This document shows, one piece after another, positions 1 through 9,669 of a stretch of 64,000 nucleotides of DNA. Origin of the DNA: Chryseobacterium sp. (GTDB lineage Bacteria; Bacteroidota; Bacteroidia; Flavobacteriales; Weeksellaceae); contig JASLCD010000202.1 of NCBI GenBank assembly GCA_030146295.1, forward strand, positions 7,178 through 71,177, read 5' to 3'. Every line of letters begins with the position of its first letter. The stretch's first letter is position 1. The translations under genes and the position numbers were made by a program. A model generated the notes under the pieces. The model made no database searches. It worked only from the letters and a program-made list of their open reading frames with translations, and had not been told where the DNA came from.

Positions 1-570
1 TTCATTGAGCTTATCTACTCTGACAGATATATCCATAATATCCGACTGAATTTTTTGAAATTCTTTTATTTTAAGCATATTCGCATTGATATTATCCTTG
101 TTACTCAAAACATTGGGAAGGAAATAATATACAGATCCTAATATAATATTGGCCAATAAAAATGTCTTAAGAAGAAGGCTTGAATTTTGCCAGCCTTTAT
201 TCACCATAAGAAAAACTGCAACGGTAAGCAGGGTAACAAATACAATGGCACAAATGGAAAATGAATAATAATTGACATAATACGTGGTTCCCAACTGTCT
301 GTAATACTTCTTGATCTGTTCACTGATAAGATACTGTTTCTTTAAAGTTGATATTTTCACCGATGATCCTGTGAGTGATTCATTAATAATCTGATTTTGA
401 ATGGAATCAGCCGAATCCAGAGGCTTCAAAACTTTTACAGATGCTTCTTTCATAAAATCAACCGACTTTGTTTGTACAGTAAATGCTAAAGCACCAAGAA
501 CCAGGCAAAGCAGGATGGCCTGTACATTTTCTTTTTTCAGAAAGTTTTTGATTGTTGTGAAGATTTCCAT
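1..570 (-). CDS. Partial membrane protein (runs off the left edge); three hydrophobic segments
   Basis: Read by hand (not in the ORF track): ATG at 570, open to position 1, MEIFTTIKNFLKKENVQAILLCLVLGALAF...YSFSICAIVFVTLLTVAVFLMVNKGWQNSSLLLKTFLLANIILGSVYYFLPNV... Confidence 0.7.
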   Translation of the reverse strand, partial: MEIFTTIKNFLKKENVQAILLCLVLGALAFTVQTKSVDFMKEASVKVLKPLDSADSIQNQIINESLTGSSVKISTLKKQYLISEQIKKYYRQLGTTYYVNYYSFSICAIVFVTLLTVAVFLMVNKGWQNSSLLLKTFLLANIILGSVYYFLPNVLSNKDNINANMLKIKEFQKIQSDIMDISVRVDKLNE

Positions 571-822
571 AATGATAATTTTCTCTTAAAATTAACCTTA
601 GAATCTAAAAAACGCAATCACCATTTCGGGTAGTTTTTACCCTGTTTATTTATACAAAAATGAATCAAAAAAAACGTGAAAAAAGAGGTGAAAACTTTTA
701 ATACGACGAGTTCTGGCGCTGTGCATCTATATCTTTGTATTAGAGATAAGATAAAGAATCCCGGGAAATTAATTGTCTTTCTAAACCAAATTTTAACCTT
801 AAAAACAACTCTTTTTTAAAGT

Positions 823-2316
823 ATGTGTAAAAAACAGCTAATAATCATTTTTCTCTTTTCATTTTTCATTTCTTATGCGCAGAATGAATTTACTACTCTC
901 TGGAAACCCAATGCCAATGGCATTATTGATCATTCAATAAATTTTGGCGGCACAGGAACCGATTACACCATTTATTGGGAAGAGGTAGGATATCCTCAGC
1001 ATAACGGAGTCATGAATTCTGTAACCTCAAACAGCAACAGTCCGATAACCATAAATTTCGGGCCGTCATTACATGCCGATCCTCTGCAGGCAACCTACGA
1101 AGTGAAAGCATCCAGCGGTAACGGATTATTTTATGGATTCAGGGCCAATGCAGGTATTATGCCTCCCGGTGGAAATCAGGAACTCATAGAGCTCAGCCAG
1201 TGGGGAAATACCACATGGCTTCAGCAATTCGACAGTGCATTTGCCAACTGCCCCAATCTTAATGTAACGGCTGCAGACGCTCCTGATCTGACACAGATAA
1301 GCAGTTTATCACAAATGTTCCTTAACTGCTCATCTTTGACAGGCCACACTTCATTTTCTTACTGGAATCCTTACAATATTACAGACATGAGTGGTATGTT
1401 CAGCGGGGCAACTCTGTTTAATCAGAATCTTGGAAACTGGGATACATCAAAAGTAACCAATTTTAGCAGCATGTTTTCTTCCGCCTCTTCTTTCAATCAG
1501 GATATTTCTGCCTGGAACACCATGTCCGGAACTGATTTCTCTTCCATGTTTTCGGATGCCACAGCTTTCAACCAGCCCTTAAATTCATGGAATACAGAAA
1601 ATGCTACTAATTTCCGCTATACATTCTATAATGCGGCAGCATTTAATCAGCCTCTTAATAACTGGAATACAGGCAATGCAAAAGATTTTGAGCATATGTT
1701 TGAAAATGCATCATCATTCAATCAGCCCATTGGAAACTGGGATGTAAGTAAGATTGATTATTTTGCAGGATTTAATATGTTTGCGGGAGCTTCCCATTTT
1801 GATCAGGATATTTCCGGATGGAATATCAAACTTCAAAACTTCAGCTGGAATTCAATCTATTTCGGATTTAAAAATGCGGGATTATCATGTACCCATTACA
1901 GCAATTTTCTCATTGCTCTGAACAATAATCCTACATGGGCAAACTCAACAATAACGTCCAGAACTATAGATGCAACAGGACTTGTTTATTCTACACCACA
2001 AGCAATGCTGGCCAGAGCCCAACTCATCAACAAAGGGTTTAATATTATTGGAGATTCCTATATTTCCGGTTGTTTTCTGTCAACAACTGAAGCTTCAGCA
2101 AAAACTAAAACTTCCGCTTATCCTAATCCAACAACAGGGGTAATCTATGTGGAATCTGCAGCAGACGAAAGGGTTCACTTATATGATATGAATGGTAACC
2201 TTATTAAGAATTTGATTTTTAGAAAAGGGAAAAACACGATCGATCTTACTGAATATCCATCAGGAAACTATTTCTTAAAAGGTGATACTATTCTCACAAA
2301 AATAATCAAGCAATAA
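823..2316 (+). CDS. DUF285/BspA-type repeat surface protein with T9SS C-terminal sorting domain
   Basis: Signal peptide; about 25-aa repeats FNQxLxxWxTxxxTxFxxMF; C-terminal YPNP...G.YFLK...TKIIKQ; TATCTTTG -7 box at 730-737. Confidence 0.9.
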   Translation: MCKKQLIIIFLFSFFISYAQNEFTTLWKPNANGIIDHSINFGGTGTDYTIYWEEVGYPQHNGVMNSVTSNSNSPITINFGPSLHADPLQATYEVKASSGNGLFYGFRANAGIMPPGGNQELIELSQWGNTTWLQQFDSAFANCPNLNVTAADAPDLTQISSLSQMFLNCSSLTGHTSFSYWNPYNITDMSGMFSGATLFNQNLGNWDTSKVTNFSSMFSSASSFNQDISAWNTMSGTDFSSMFSDATAFNQPLNSWNTENATNFRYTFYNAAAFNQPLNNWNTGNAKDFEHMFENASSFNQPIGNWDVSKIDYFAGFNMFAGASHFDQDISGWNIKLQNFSWNSIYFGFKNAGLSCTHYSNFLIALNNNPTWANSTITSRTIDATGLVYSTPQAMLARAQLINKGFNIIGDSYISGCFLSTTEASAKTKTSAYPNPTTGVIYVESAADERVHLYDMNGNLIKNLIFRKGKNTIDLTEYPSGNYFLKGDTILTKIIKQ

Positions 2317-2347
2317 TAGATCAGCTGAAAAGCTATTTATAAAAATC

Positions 2348-2379
2348 AGCTCCAAAGTCTTTGTACTTTGGAGCTTTTT
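2348..2379 (+). terminator. Intrinsic terminator
   Basis: AGCTCCAAAGT/ACTTTGGAGCT stem followed by a T-run. Confidence 0.75.
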
Positions 2380-2438
2380 AGAAGCTTTATAATAGTCTGT
2401 TCAGAAATTTATAAAGCTTGAAACTATTACAAAGTAAC

Positions 2439-2855
2439 TCAGCTTTTTTTACTGAAAAAAATACCAATAGTGGCAGCCACAAGCCCTTGAAAAGGCCCTA
2501 AATAAATACTGGAAGATTGTAACCATTGAACCAAGCCTTTGGAATAAAATGGTCCGGATAACAAAACTCCTGTCACAATACAAAGATAAAAGATTGAAAT
2601 TCCGAAAGCTAAATTAAAGTAGAATTTCTCTATTTCTCTGTCTTTACTCTCCGTACCTAAGTCAGTAACAAATACGGCAATGATAAGCGAAAGTGTTGGC
2701 AGCAAATTTTGCGTAAACCAACCCCAAGCTTCAACTGTTTTGTCTTCAAACTTTCCTCCAATAGTCTGAAAAAACATGATTGTAAATAATATTGCCCCGG
2801 CAACAAACCAAGGTCTGGAAAGTTTTCTTTTTGCATTTTCAAATGATATTTTCAT
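2439..2855 (-). CDS. Small 4-TM membrane protein
   Basis: Four hydrophobic segments; ATGA overlap with the upstream lipoprotein gene. Confidence 0.8.
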   Translation of the reverse strand: MKISFENAKRKLSRPWFVAGAILFTIMFFQTIGGKFEDKTVEAWGWFTQNLLPTLSLIIAVFVTDLGTESKDREIEKFYFNLAFGISIFYLCIVTGVLLSGPFYSKGLVQWLQSSSIYLGPFQGLVAATIGIFFSKKS

Positions 2856-3889
2856 GGTGCAAGATTTTTTTTAATACCGGAAATTGTTAAATGTTTTGCT
2901 GGAATTGTCTCTTTTAAAAGTATTGCTTCGGAACTATTTTCAGGTTTTTTAAATTGGTAAATTAAAGCTGTAACCCTATGACTGGAAGTAAATTTCTTTT
3001 CTCCCATTTCCTTTGGTAAAAATGTTGCTCCATCCCTAATTGTCCGTTTTGTAAGAGGTCCATCCATCTCAACATCCGAAAAAAGAAGTGGTTTGGTATT
3101 GATAATAAATACAAAACACCTATAATAGCCAGGCTGTGATTTAAATAATGCATTAAGATATTTCATCGGGGAAAAAATATCATTTTTTTTAATTTCCATT
3201 GAGCAAGATGAATCTCCTGGTAAAGAAAGCCCATTAGCATCGATCTGTTCTAACTGTGTTATTAGAACAAAACCATTATCAATATCATAATAACTCGTAC
3301 GCTTGCATTTTATCCCTTTTAAGGATTTCAAAACTCTTTGATTTACATCCTCAAATGTCTTATCATTCTGAAAGATCGTATTTGATAATATTTCATAATC
3401 TGAAGGGTGTGGTGGTTTTTCCGGAAATTTTCTCAAATAATATTCTTCAGCAGGGCTTCCTACTTCATTGGGTTTAGGGCAGCCGTTATAGTCACGAGTA
3501 CCAGGAACGGTAGGGCACGCATCATCTTTATCAAGTACATTATCACCGTCTGTATCAGGCCACGGACATCCTTTGTTTTCGAATGGCCCAGGGACTTCCG
3601 GACAAGCATCATCTTTATCAATGAGACCATCACCATCAGTATCTGGCCAGGGGCAGCCTTTATTTTCAACGGGACCAGGGGTTTCCGGACACATATCATC
3701 TTTATCTGGAGTTCCGTCTCCATCTTTATCTGGACAACCTTGGAATTGTGGCAGCCCATTTTCTTCCGGACAAAGATCATCAGAATTAGAAATACCATCT
3801 CTATCAGTATCTCTGATGAAGATACTCTTTACACCACATCCTGTCAATAGTATAAAGCAAGCAAATATTAATAAATAAAAGTTCTTCAT
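2852..3889 (-). CDS. Lipoprotein with thrombospondin type-3 (Ca-binding) repeats and an uncharacterised C-terminal domain
   Basis: Lipobox LLTGC; repeated DxDGDGxxDxxDxCP...GCP; no OmpA-like C-terminal motif recognised. Confidence 0.85.
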   Translation of the reverse strand: MKNFYLLIFACFILLTGCGVKSIFIRDTDRDGISNSDDLCPEENGLPQFQGCPDKDGDGTPDKDDMCPETPGPVENKGCPWPDTDGDGLIDKDDACPEVPGPFENKGCPWPDTDGDNVLDKDDACPTVPGTRDYNGCPKPNEVGSPAEEYYLRKFPEKPPHPSDYEILSNTIFQNDKTFEDVNQRVLKSLKGIKCKRTSYYDIDNGFVLITQLEQIDANGLSLPGDSSCSMEIKKNDIFSPMKYLNALFKSQPGYYRCFVFIINTKPLLFSDVEMDGPLTKRTIRDGATFLPKEMGEKKFTSSHRVTALIYQFKKPENSSEAILLKETIPAKHLTISGIKKNLAP

Positions 3890-4122
3890 GTTATTAGTTT
3901 TATGGATTGGGATTTATATCATTCACATATATGCTTTTATACATTAAATATAAATAAGAAGACCAAAAACAGAAATCCCCCGTTTGAGGTATTTTTATAT
4001 TAGATCTTATAGCTATCTTTTTATTGTGAATAAAAAGGAAAAATTATCTAGGTAATATGTTTAAAATCGAAAAATGTTACCGAAATTGCATCACTTTATA
4101 ACCAGAAACGAACGAGAATTAA

Positions 4123-5115
4123 ATGACAGAGAAATTTCCTACAATAAACAGTACACTTTCACCCAGCGGACTCGGACAGCTTATTCAAAGAAAATATGGA
4201 TTAACCGACAAAACGGAATGCAGCATATTTCGGCTTGCTATGAACCATTTATACATCGTTCATGATGGTGAAAACCAATATGTTTTTAGAGTGTACACTC
4301 ACCATTGGCGGACTCCATTAGAAATTGAAGAAGAGTTAAGACTTTTAACCCTTCTGAAAGAAGCAGACCGACAAGTTGCTTTTCCTATAGCTGATCAATC
4401 AAATAAGTTTATCCAGGAAATTGAAGCTCCGGAAGGGACTAGGTTTGGTGTTTTATTTTCATATGCCAAGGGTATAAAGACAGCGAAATTTTCACCTGAA
4501 ACAAGCTTTCTGATTGGACAGGCATTAGCCAAAGTTCATCAATCGACAGAAAATGTCGAACTGTTGAGAATGTCTTACAATACACAAAATTTGCTCAAAA
4601 ACCCTGTTGTAAGAACAAAAGAATTCTATCATAAAAATACCGGCGAAATTGAATTTTTAGAAAACCTTTCCAATTTTTTAACACTAAAAATGGAAAATGC
4701 AGACAAACAGCACATGAGATACGGAACAGTTCATCTGGACGTTTGGTTTGATAATCTGCACATTAACGATGAAAAAGAAGTAACATTTTTTGACTTTGAT
4801 TTCTGTGGCAACGGTTATCTATGTTTTGATATTTCTTATTTTCTATTCCAGTTATTTGTAACTCATCTGAACGAAGAGGAATATCACGCAAAAGCAGACA
4901 GTTTCATAAGAGGCTATGAGACTGTAACTAAAATTACTCCTGAAGAAAAAAAGTTTTTACCTTATGCATGTTTAGCTATTATGAACTATTACATAAGTGT
5001 TCAGTGTGACAGATTTGAATATTGGACCAATATTTTCCTGAATGAAGATCATTTAAAACGAATGGTTGGGAATCTCAAACGATGGATAGCTTACAACAAA
5101 ATTGAGATTAAATAA
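4123..5115 (+). CDS. APH/homoserine-kinase-type phosphotransferase
   Basis: HLDVWFDN catalytic-loop-like motif, FFDFD metal-binding motif, LAKVHQ. Confidence 0.85.
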   Translation: MTEKFPTINSTLSPSGLGQLIQRKYGLTDKTECSIFRLAMNHLYIVHDGENQYVFRVYTHHWRTPLEIEEELRLLTLLKEADRQVAFPIADQSNKFIQEIEAPEGTRFGVLFSYAKGIKTAKFSPETSFLIGQALAKVHQSTENVELLRMSYNTQNLLKNPVVRTKEFYHKNTGEIEFLENLSNFLTLKMENADKQHMRYGTVHLDVWFDNLHINDEKEVTFFDFDFCGNGYLCFDISYFLFQLFVTHLNEEEYHAKADSFIRGYETVTKITPEEKKFLPYACLAIMNYYISVQCDRFEYWTNIFLNEDHLKRMVGNLKRWIAYNKIEIK

Positions 5116-5164
5116 TGACAGAAAACCCTATACAATTCGTTATAATTTTAGAAGACTATACAAC

Positions 5165-5914
5165 ATGATAAGATGCTTTATAATTATTATATTATCCTTA
5201 TTTTCATTAACACTTTATGGACAACAGAAAATGCGTTCTATTGACGAATTAATAAACGATAAAGACCCAGGTTGGGTTCTTGTAAAAGAATGGATAGACT
5301 CCTCTAAAAATAAAGTGGAAATATTGCCCGTAGATATAAACAAAGCAAAGGATGCCTTATATAAAACGCAAGTTACAACCCGATCTCCAATGGGCTCAAT
5401 TGTATATATGACAGGCGGACTTTTGGTTGATAATGGATGGATAAGAATTCTTGGCTCAGGCAGTGATAAGTTAAGTAGATCATTGCCAGAATGGAATAGA
5501 GGAAAAACATTTGAAGATTATGGACAGCCAATGCCATATCTTTTAATTGCTGACGATGCAATAGGAGGTATTTTTATGCTTAACGGCGGTGCACTTGGAA
5601 GCGATGTAGGAAAAATTTATTATTTGGCACCTGATAATTTGGAATATGAACCTCTTGGTCTTACTTATACTGAATTTCTGATTTTTTGCTTTAATAATAA
5701 TCTTGATGAATTTTATAAAGAATACAGATGGGCAAATTGGAAAAAAGATGTAACAAAACTTAAAGGTGACCAGGTATTTAGCTTTTTCCCTTACCTATGG
5801 ATGAAAGAGGGTAAGGACATCAGTAAAGTATCAAAAAAGGAAATTCCAATGGAAGAAAGTTACAAGTTAACTCTTGAGTTTAGAAATCAGCTTGGATTTG
5901 ATACAGACAAATAA
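5165..5914 (+). CDS. DUF2625-family protein with signal peptide
   Basis: QVTTRSPMG...GGLLVDNGWIRILGSG and LLIADDAIGGIF...YYLAPD motifs; ATG at 5165 preferred over TTG at 5102. Confidence 0.8.
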   Translation: MIRCFIIIILSLFSLTLYGQQKMRSIDELINDKDPGWVLVKEWIDSSKNKVEILPVDINKAKDALYKTQVTTRSPMGSIVYMTGGLLVDNGWIRILGSGSDKLSRSLPEWNRGKTFEDYGQPMPYLLIADDAIGGIFMLNGGALGSDVGKIYYLAPDNLEYEPLGLTYTEFLIFCFNNNLDEFYKEYRWANWKKDVTKLKGDQVFSFFPYLWMKEGKDISKVSKKEIPMEESYKLTLEFRNQLGFDTDK

Positions 5915-5998
5915 ATGATAGCAATCAGTTGAGAATCATTAATGAATTCACAACTTGATACAAATAATATCACAAAACGCTTGTAATTAAGTTATATC

Positions 5999-6610
5999 AT
6001 GATGAACAACTTTCCGGATATTTTAACGAATCAAAAAGGTAATGAAAAAATGCCTGAATTTCGTAATGCACTATTTAATGTAGACAAAAGTACTATCAGC
6101 AATGACAATGCTGAACATCTGACCGCTATTTATCATTCAGCAAAACAATTAGATATCCGAAATAAAATATTGAAATTGCTGTATGACTTTAATTATCCAT
6201 TATTGAAAGATTTTTTCATGGCTGCTTATAAGAAAGAACGTTATTTGGATATGAAAATATATGCTTTACGCGGACTTTCAAATTTTATTGAGGAGAAAGA
6301 AATCGCTCAACTGCTAAAAAAATTTAACCAATCATTGGCTAAAAGACAGCAAACAACACCATATAATTTTCAGGAATATGAACTTTTAAAAGGAGGAAAT
6401 GCTTTGCCCTATTTAGCCGAAAAATTTGGTTATCCTTGTTTTCAAGAGACATTGGAACAAGTAAACAGACAATACGATACAATGCCGGATGCATTTAAAG
6501 GGCACCATAGAGTTGATGAAAATGGAGAGATCAAAATGCTGAAAAGCCCGGGAGAATCTAAGGCAATTATGGACAGATTTTGGGAAGAGGAGAGGAGCAA
6601 GCTAAAATAA
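5999..6610 (+). CDS. Hypothetical helical (HEAT-like) protein
   Basis: 203-aa ORF, co-oriented with its neighbours; amphipathic helical pattern. Confidence 0.65.
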   Translation: MMNNFPDILTNQKGNEKMPEFRNALFNVDKSTISNDNAEHLTAIYHSAKQLDIRNKILKLLYDFNYPLLKDFFMAAYKKERYLDMKIYALRGLSNFIEEKEIAQLLKKFNQSLAKRQQTTPYNFQEYELLKGGNALPYLAEKFGYPCFQETLEQVNRQYDTMPDAFKGHHRVDENGEIKMLKSPGESKAIMDRFWEEERSKLK

Positions 6611-6718
6611 TTCTTTTAAAGGGGTCAAAATCTCAAAAAACGATCATATGAAAGCCAGCAAACATTTTTAAAATAAAACATAACCATCTGAAATTCAACA
6701 ACTAAATATATAAAAAAA

Positions 6719-7672
6719 ATGAGAAACACTATTTATACTTTGTTATTATTATTTCTATTTACAAAGGTTAATGCTCAGGAATATTCAAAATTAATAAGTG
6801 AAGCAGATCAATTATATAGAACAAAAGACTATAAAATGTCTACAGATCTGTATAATAAAGCTTTTAAAATTGAAAGCGAAAATCCAAGTCACTTATATAA
6901 CGGTGCATGTGCATCTTCCTTAGCAGGAAATACGACGAAAGCATTTAAATGGTTGAACTTATCTATAGAAAAAGGTTGGACCAATCTGAAGCACTTAAGT
7001 TCTGATACTGATTTAGAAAATTTACATTCCAAAAAAGAGTGGGGAAAAACAATTGAAAAGTTAGAAAAAAAATTAGCATTAATAGAAGCAAATTATGACA
7101 AACCATTGCAGGCTGAATTATTGGCAATTCTTGAGGAAGACCAAAAATACAGAATGCAAATGAATGACATTCAAAAAAAATTCGGTCCGGATTCTAAAGA
7201 AATGAATGACCTGTGGAAAATAACAAATCAGAAAGACTCAGTTAACTTATTAAAAGTAAAAAAGATATTAGATGAAAAAGGTTGGGTTGGCAAAGACAAA
7301 GTAGGCGCACAAGCCAATAGTGCCTTATTTCTTGTGATTCAACATTCAGATCTGGAAACGCAGAAAAAATATTTACCCATGATGAAAGAAGCGGTAACAA
7401 AAGGAAATGCAAGTCCGGGTTCTTTAGCTTTGTTGATTGACAGAATAGAAATTCGGGAAGGCAGAAAACAAATATATGGAAGTCAAATAGGAATCAATAA
7501 AAATAATAACACTCAATATGTTTTACCTTTAATTGATCCTGACAATGTAGATAAAAGAAGAACTGAAGTTGGCCTGGGCCCAATCTCTGACTATGTTAAA
7601 AATTGGAATTTAATCTGGGATGTTGAAAAATATAAACGTGAATTGCCAGAATTAGAAAAATTAAATAAATAG
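6719..7672 (+). CDS. Secreted TPR + DUF6624-like protein
   Basis: Signal peptide; YNGACASSLAG...AFKWL TPR; DQKYR, FLVIQHSD, LIDRI...QIYGSQ, VDKRRTEVGL motifs. Confidence 0.8.
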   Translation: MRNTIYTLLLLFLFTKVNAQEYSKLISEADQLYRTKDYKMSTDLYNKAFKIESENPSHLYNGACASSLAGNTTKAFKWLNLSIEKGWTNLKHLSSDTDLENLHSKKEWGKTIEKLEKKLALIEANYDKPLQAELLAILEEDQKYRMQMNDIQKKFGPDSKEMNDLWKITNQKDSVNLLKVKKILDEKGWVGKDKVGAQANSALFLVIQHSDLETQKKYLPMMKEAVTKGNASPGSLALLIDRIEIREGRKQIYGSQIGINKNNNTQYVLPLIDPDNVDKRRTEVGLGPISDYVKNWNLIWDVEKYKRELPELEKLNK

Positions 7673-7855
7673 AAAAAAACATCTGCTAACAGCAGTTGAC
7701 AAACTGGCGGGCTTAGGACTTCAGAATTCCTTAATCCGCCAGTTCTAAAAACATTTACAGGGGAGATTTCCTGAAAAATCTGATCCGATAATCAAAAGGG
7801 TAACATATTAAAATCTAACAGGTTCTGTGAATCTTTGAAACCAAAAAAATATACA

Positions 7856-7883
7856 ATTTAACATAATATAAATTATAGGATTT
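7856..7883 (-). other. dif-like XerC/XerD recombination site (canonical 11-6-11)
   Basis: Minus strand AAATCCTATAA-TTTATA-TTATGTTAAAT; the XerD arm is identical to the E. coli dif XerD arm. Confidence 0.8.
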
Positions 7884-7926
7884 TTATTATAGCATTGGAA
7901 TAGAGGACTTACCGTCTGAGAATCGC

Positions 7927-8400
7927 CTATTTTCTGATTTTTTCGCCCAAATATCCCTGAACGGTTTCTAAGAACTCTTCTTCGGTCATAAACCTGTCAA
8001 GGAATTCCTCGAGCTTTCCTCGGTTCTCAATTTCCTGAAAATAAACTTCATGATCTGTGCTGTATACCGTTGGATTAGACGGATCAGGATCAGACGTACA
8101 TACGAAAAAATGATCCGGATATCCGTAGGAATAAAAAATACAGAGAAATTCCATTGCTGAACCATCCACAACTTCCTGTACATCTTTTTCTTCTACAAGA
8201 CCGTCCAGCTCTTCATAATCTTCTGAGTTTTCTTTAAACGGTGTGAAAAACCAATTTCTGTAAAAATGCTGCCCATATGCCTTATCATGCTCAGAAAAAT
8301 AATGCTCCAGAAGATGCTTATAAAACTTGTGATGATCCTGATGATAAAGTTCCTGATGGGCTTTATAAAATTCGTCAATTATGATCGTATGATTTATCAT
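7927..8400 (-). CDS. Acidic SUKH/SMI1-like putative immunity protein, possibly N-truncated
   Basis: C-terminal YGYPDHFFVCTSDPDPSNPTVYSTDHE...GKLEEFL resembles the SUKH C-terminal beta-meander and helix. Confidence 0.55.
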   Translation of the reverse strand: MINHTIIIDEFYKAHQELYHQDHHKFYKHLLEHYFSEHDKAYGQHFYRNWFFTPFKENSEDYEELDGLVEEKDVQEVVDGSAMEFLCIFYSYGYPDHFFVCTSDPDPSNPTVYSTDHEVYFQEIENRGKLEEFLDRFMTEEEFLETVQGYLGEKIRK

Positions 8401-8426
8401 TTTTTTATAATTATATTATGTTAAAT
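8400..8426 (+). other. Second, degenerate dif-like site, inverted relative to 7856-7883
   Basis: TTTTTTTATAA-TTATA-TTATGTTAAAT; perfect XerD arm, 5-nt spacer, eroded XerC arm. Confidence 0.6.
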
Positions 8427-8980
8427 TACCCTGCACGGAACCTCACAGGAAAGCCATTTTCTACGTTTATTGTGAGAAATTCATCTATAGACTCTGCAGA
8501 CTGTTCTTTGTAATAATTATTCAGCTGTTTCAGAAAATTTTCAAGACTGGAAGCAATGATATTTCTGTCTGTATCTCTATTCCAGAATTCCAGGATTTGT
8601 CCTTTATTTCCTGTAAAAGTTCCTTCCAAATCATAGCAGATATAGCTTCCGCCACCGTTATGAAAGATCGGAATCCAATGGCAGTTCCACCAGTTCTCCA
8701 TCTCAAAATCGGTCCCGATCATTGAGGTCAGCTCCGCAGCCGTATCAAGCGCTTCTTCCAAAGGCATAAACATAGAATTATTCACAAAAGCATCATAAGA
8801 ACTACTCTCCTGCCCGTTTTTCCATTGGTATAATGCTTTTAAATCTTCAGGAATCCGCTTCTCATAACGCTTTTCCAGATTTTGAATGTACACCTCTCCC
8901 AGCGAATTCTTTAAACTGTTATAAAAATCAGGCCTTATTCTTTTTATATTGAAGTCTAATTCCTGAAGTATATTTTCCAT
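8426..8980 (-). CDS. SMI1/KNR4 (SUKH) family protein
   Basis: LEKRYEKRIPEDLKALYQWKNGQ and WIPIFHNGGGSYICYDL...GQILEF...IIASSLENFL; start may be 8980, 8989 or 8998. Confidence 0.85.
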   Translation of the reverse strand: MENILQELDFNIKRIRPDFYNSLKNSLGEVYIQNLEKRYEKRIPEDLKALYQWKNGQESSSYDAFVNNSMFMPLEEALDTAAELTSMIGTDFEMENWWNCHWIPIFHNGGGSYICYDLEGTFTGNKGQILEFWNRDTDRNIIASSLENFLKQLNNYYKEQSAESIDEFLTINVENGFPVRFRAG

Positions 8981-9077
8981 AATTTTCATCTGTACCATAA
9001 AAATACAAAATCTTGTCACATGACAGCTTTTATGATGATAAAACTGAATACCTTTATCTTACCAAAAATAAAATAGT

Positions 9078-9473
9078 ATGAAACCTAAAATGATCTGGGC
9101 CAATCTGGCCGTAGCCGACCTTGAACGTACACAAAAATTTTATACAGAGCTGGGGTTCAAGCCTAATAACCCGCACAGCTCGAACGAACTGGTAAGTTTT
9201 TTTATGGCAGGAAATGAATTGATTGTCCATTTTTTCTTAAAAACTGTCATAGAAAATAACCTGAAAAGTATGACATTTGGAGATCCTCAAAGTTCTAACG
9301 AAATCATATTTACTCTCTCTGCTGAAAGCAAAGATCAGGTAAATGACTGGGCTCAGGAGGTAATAAAAGCAGGCGGAACCATTGTTTCAGAACCTGAAAG
9401 TTTTGGAGAAAACTATTATGGCTTTGTATTTGCAGATCCTGACGGACACAAGTTTAATGTATTTTTTATGTAA
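9078..9473 (+). CDS. VOC/glyoxalase family protein
   Basis: NLAVADLERTQKFYTELGF and YGFVFADPDGHKF. Confidence 0.9.
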   Translation: MKPKMIWANLAVADLERTQKFYTELGFKPNNPHSSNELVSFFMAGNELIVHFFLKTVIENNLKSMTFGDPQSSNEIIFTLSAESKDQVNDWAQEVIKAGGTIVSEPESFGENYYGFVFADPDGHKFNVFFM

Positions 9474-9492
9474 TTTTTACCCTATTTTTCTC

Positions 9493-9622
9493 TATATTTG
9501 ACATTCAACAAATCCCTATGAACCGCTCGAACTGTCTGCCTCCACCGGCACCTTAATATTTTCAAATTGATTTGAAGCGTACTGATGTCGTTAACTGGTT
9601 AACGACCTAACGTACTGTGCTT
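9493..9622 (+). promoter_or_regulatory. Promoter, Pro-rich leader ORF (9518-9556, MNRSNCLPPPAP) and hairpin upstream of the EamA gene
   Basis: TATATTTG at 9493-9500; GTCGTTAAC-TG-GTTAACGAC at 9587-9606. Confidence 0.5.
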
Positions 9623-9669
9623 CTGATTCTAACAAAAAATATTAATCAAATCTTACAGTTCATTATCTA

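Noticed and set aside
1400..1830. Periodic ~75-nt repeats as a possible CRISPR array
   Set aside because: They are coding DUF285 repeats; the same applies to the TSP3 repeats at about 3480-3810. No cas genes seen.
3256..3878. Several overlapping antisense or alternate-frame ORFs here and inside other long genes
   Set aside because: Shadow ORFs of well-supported genes; no independent motifs or expression signals.
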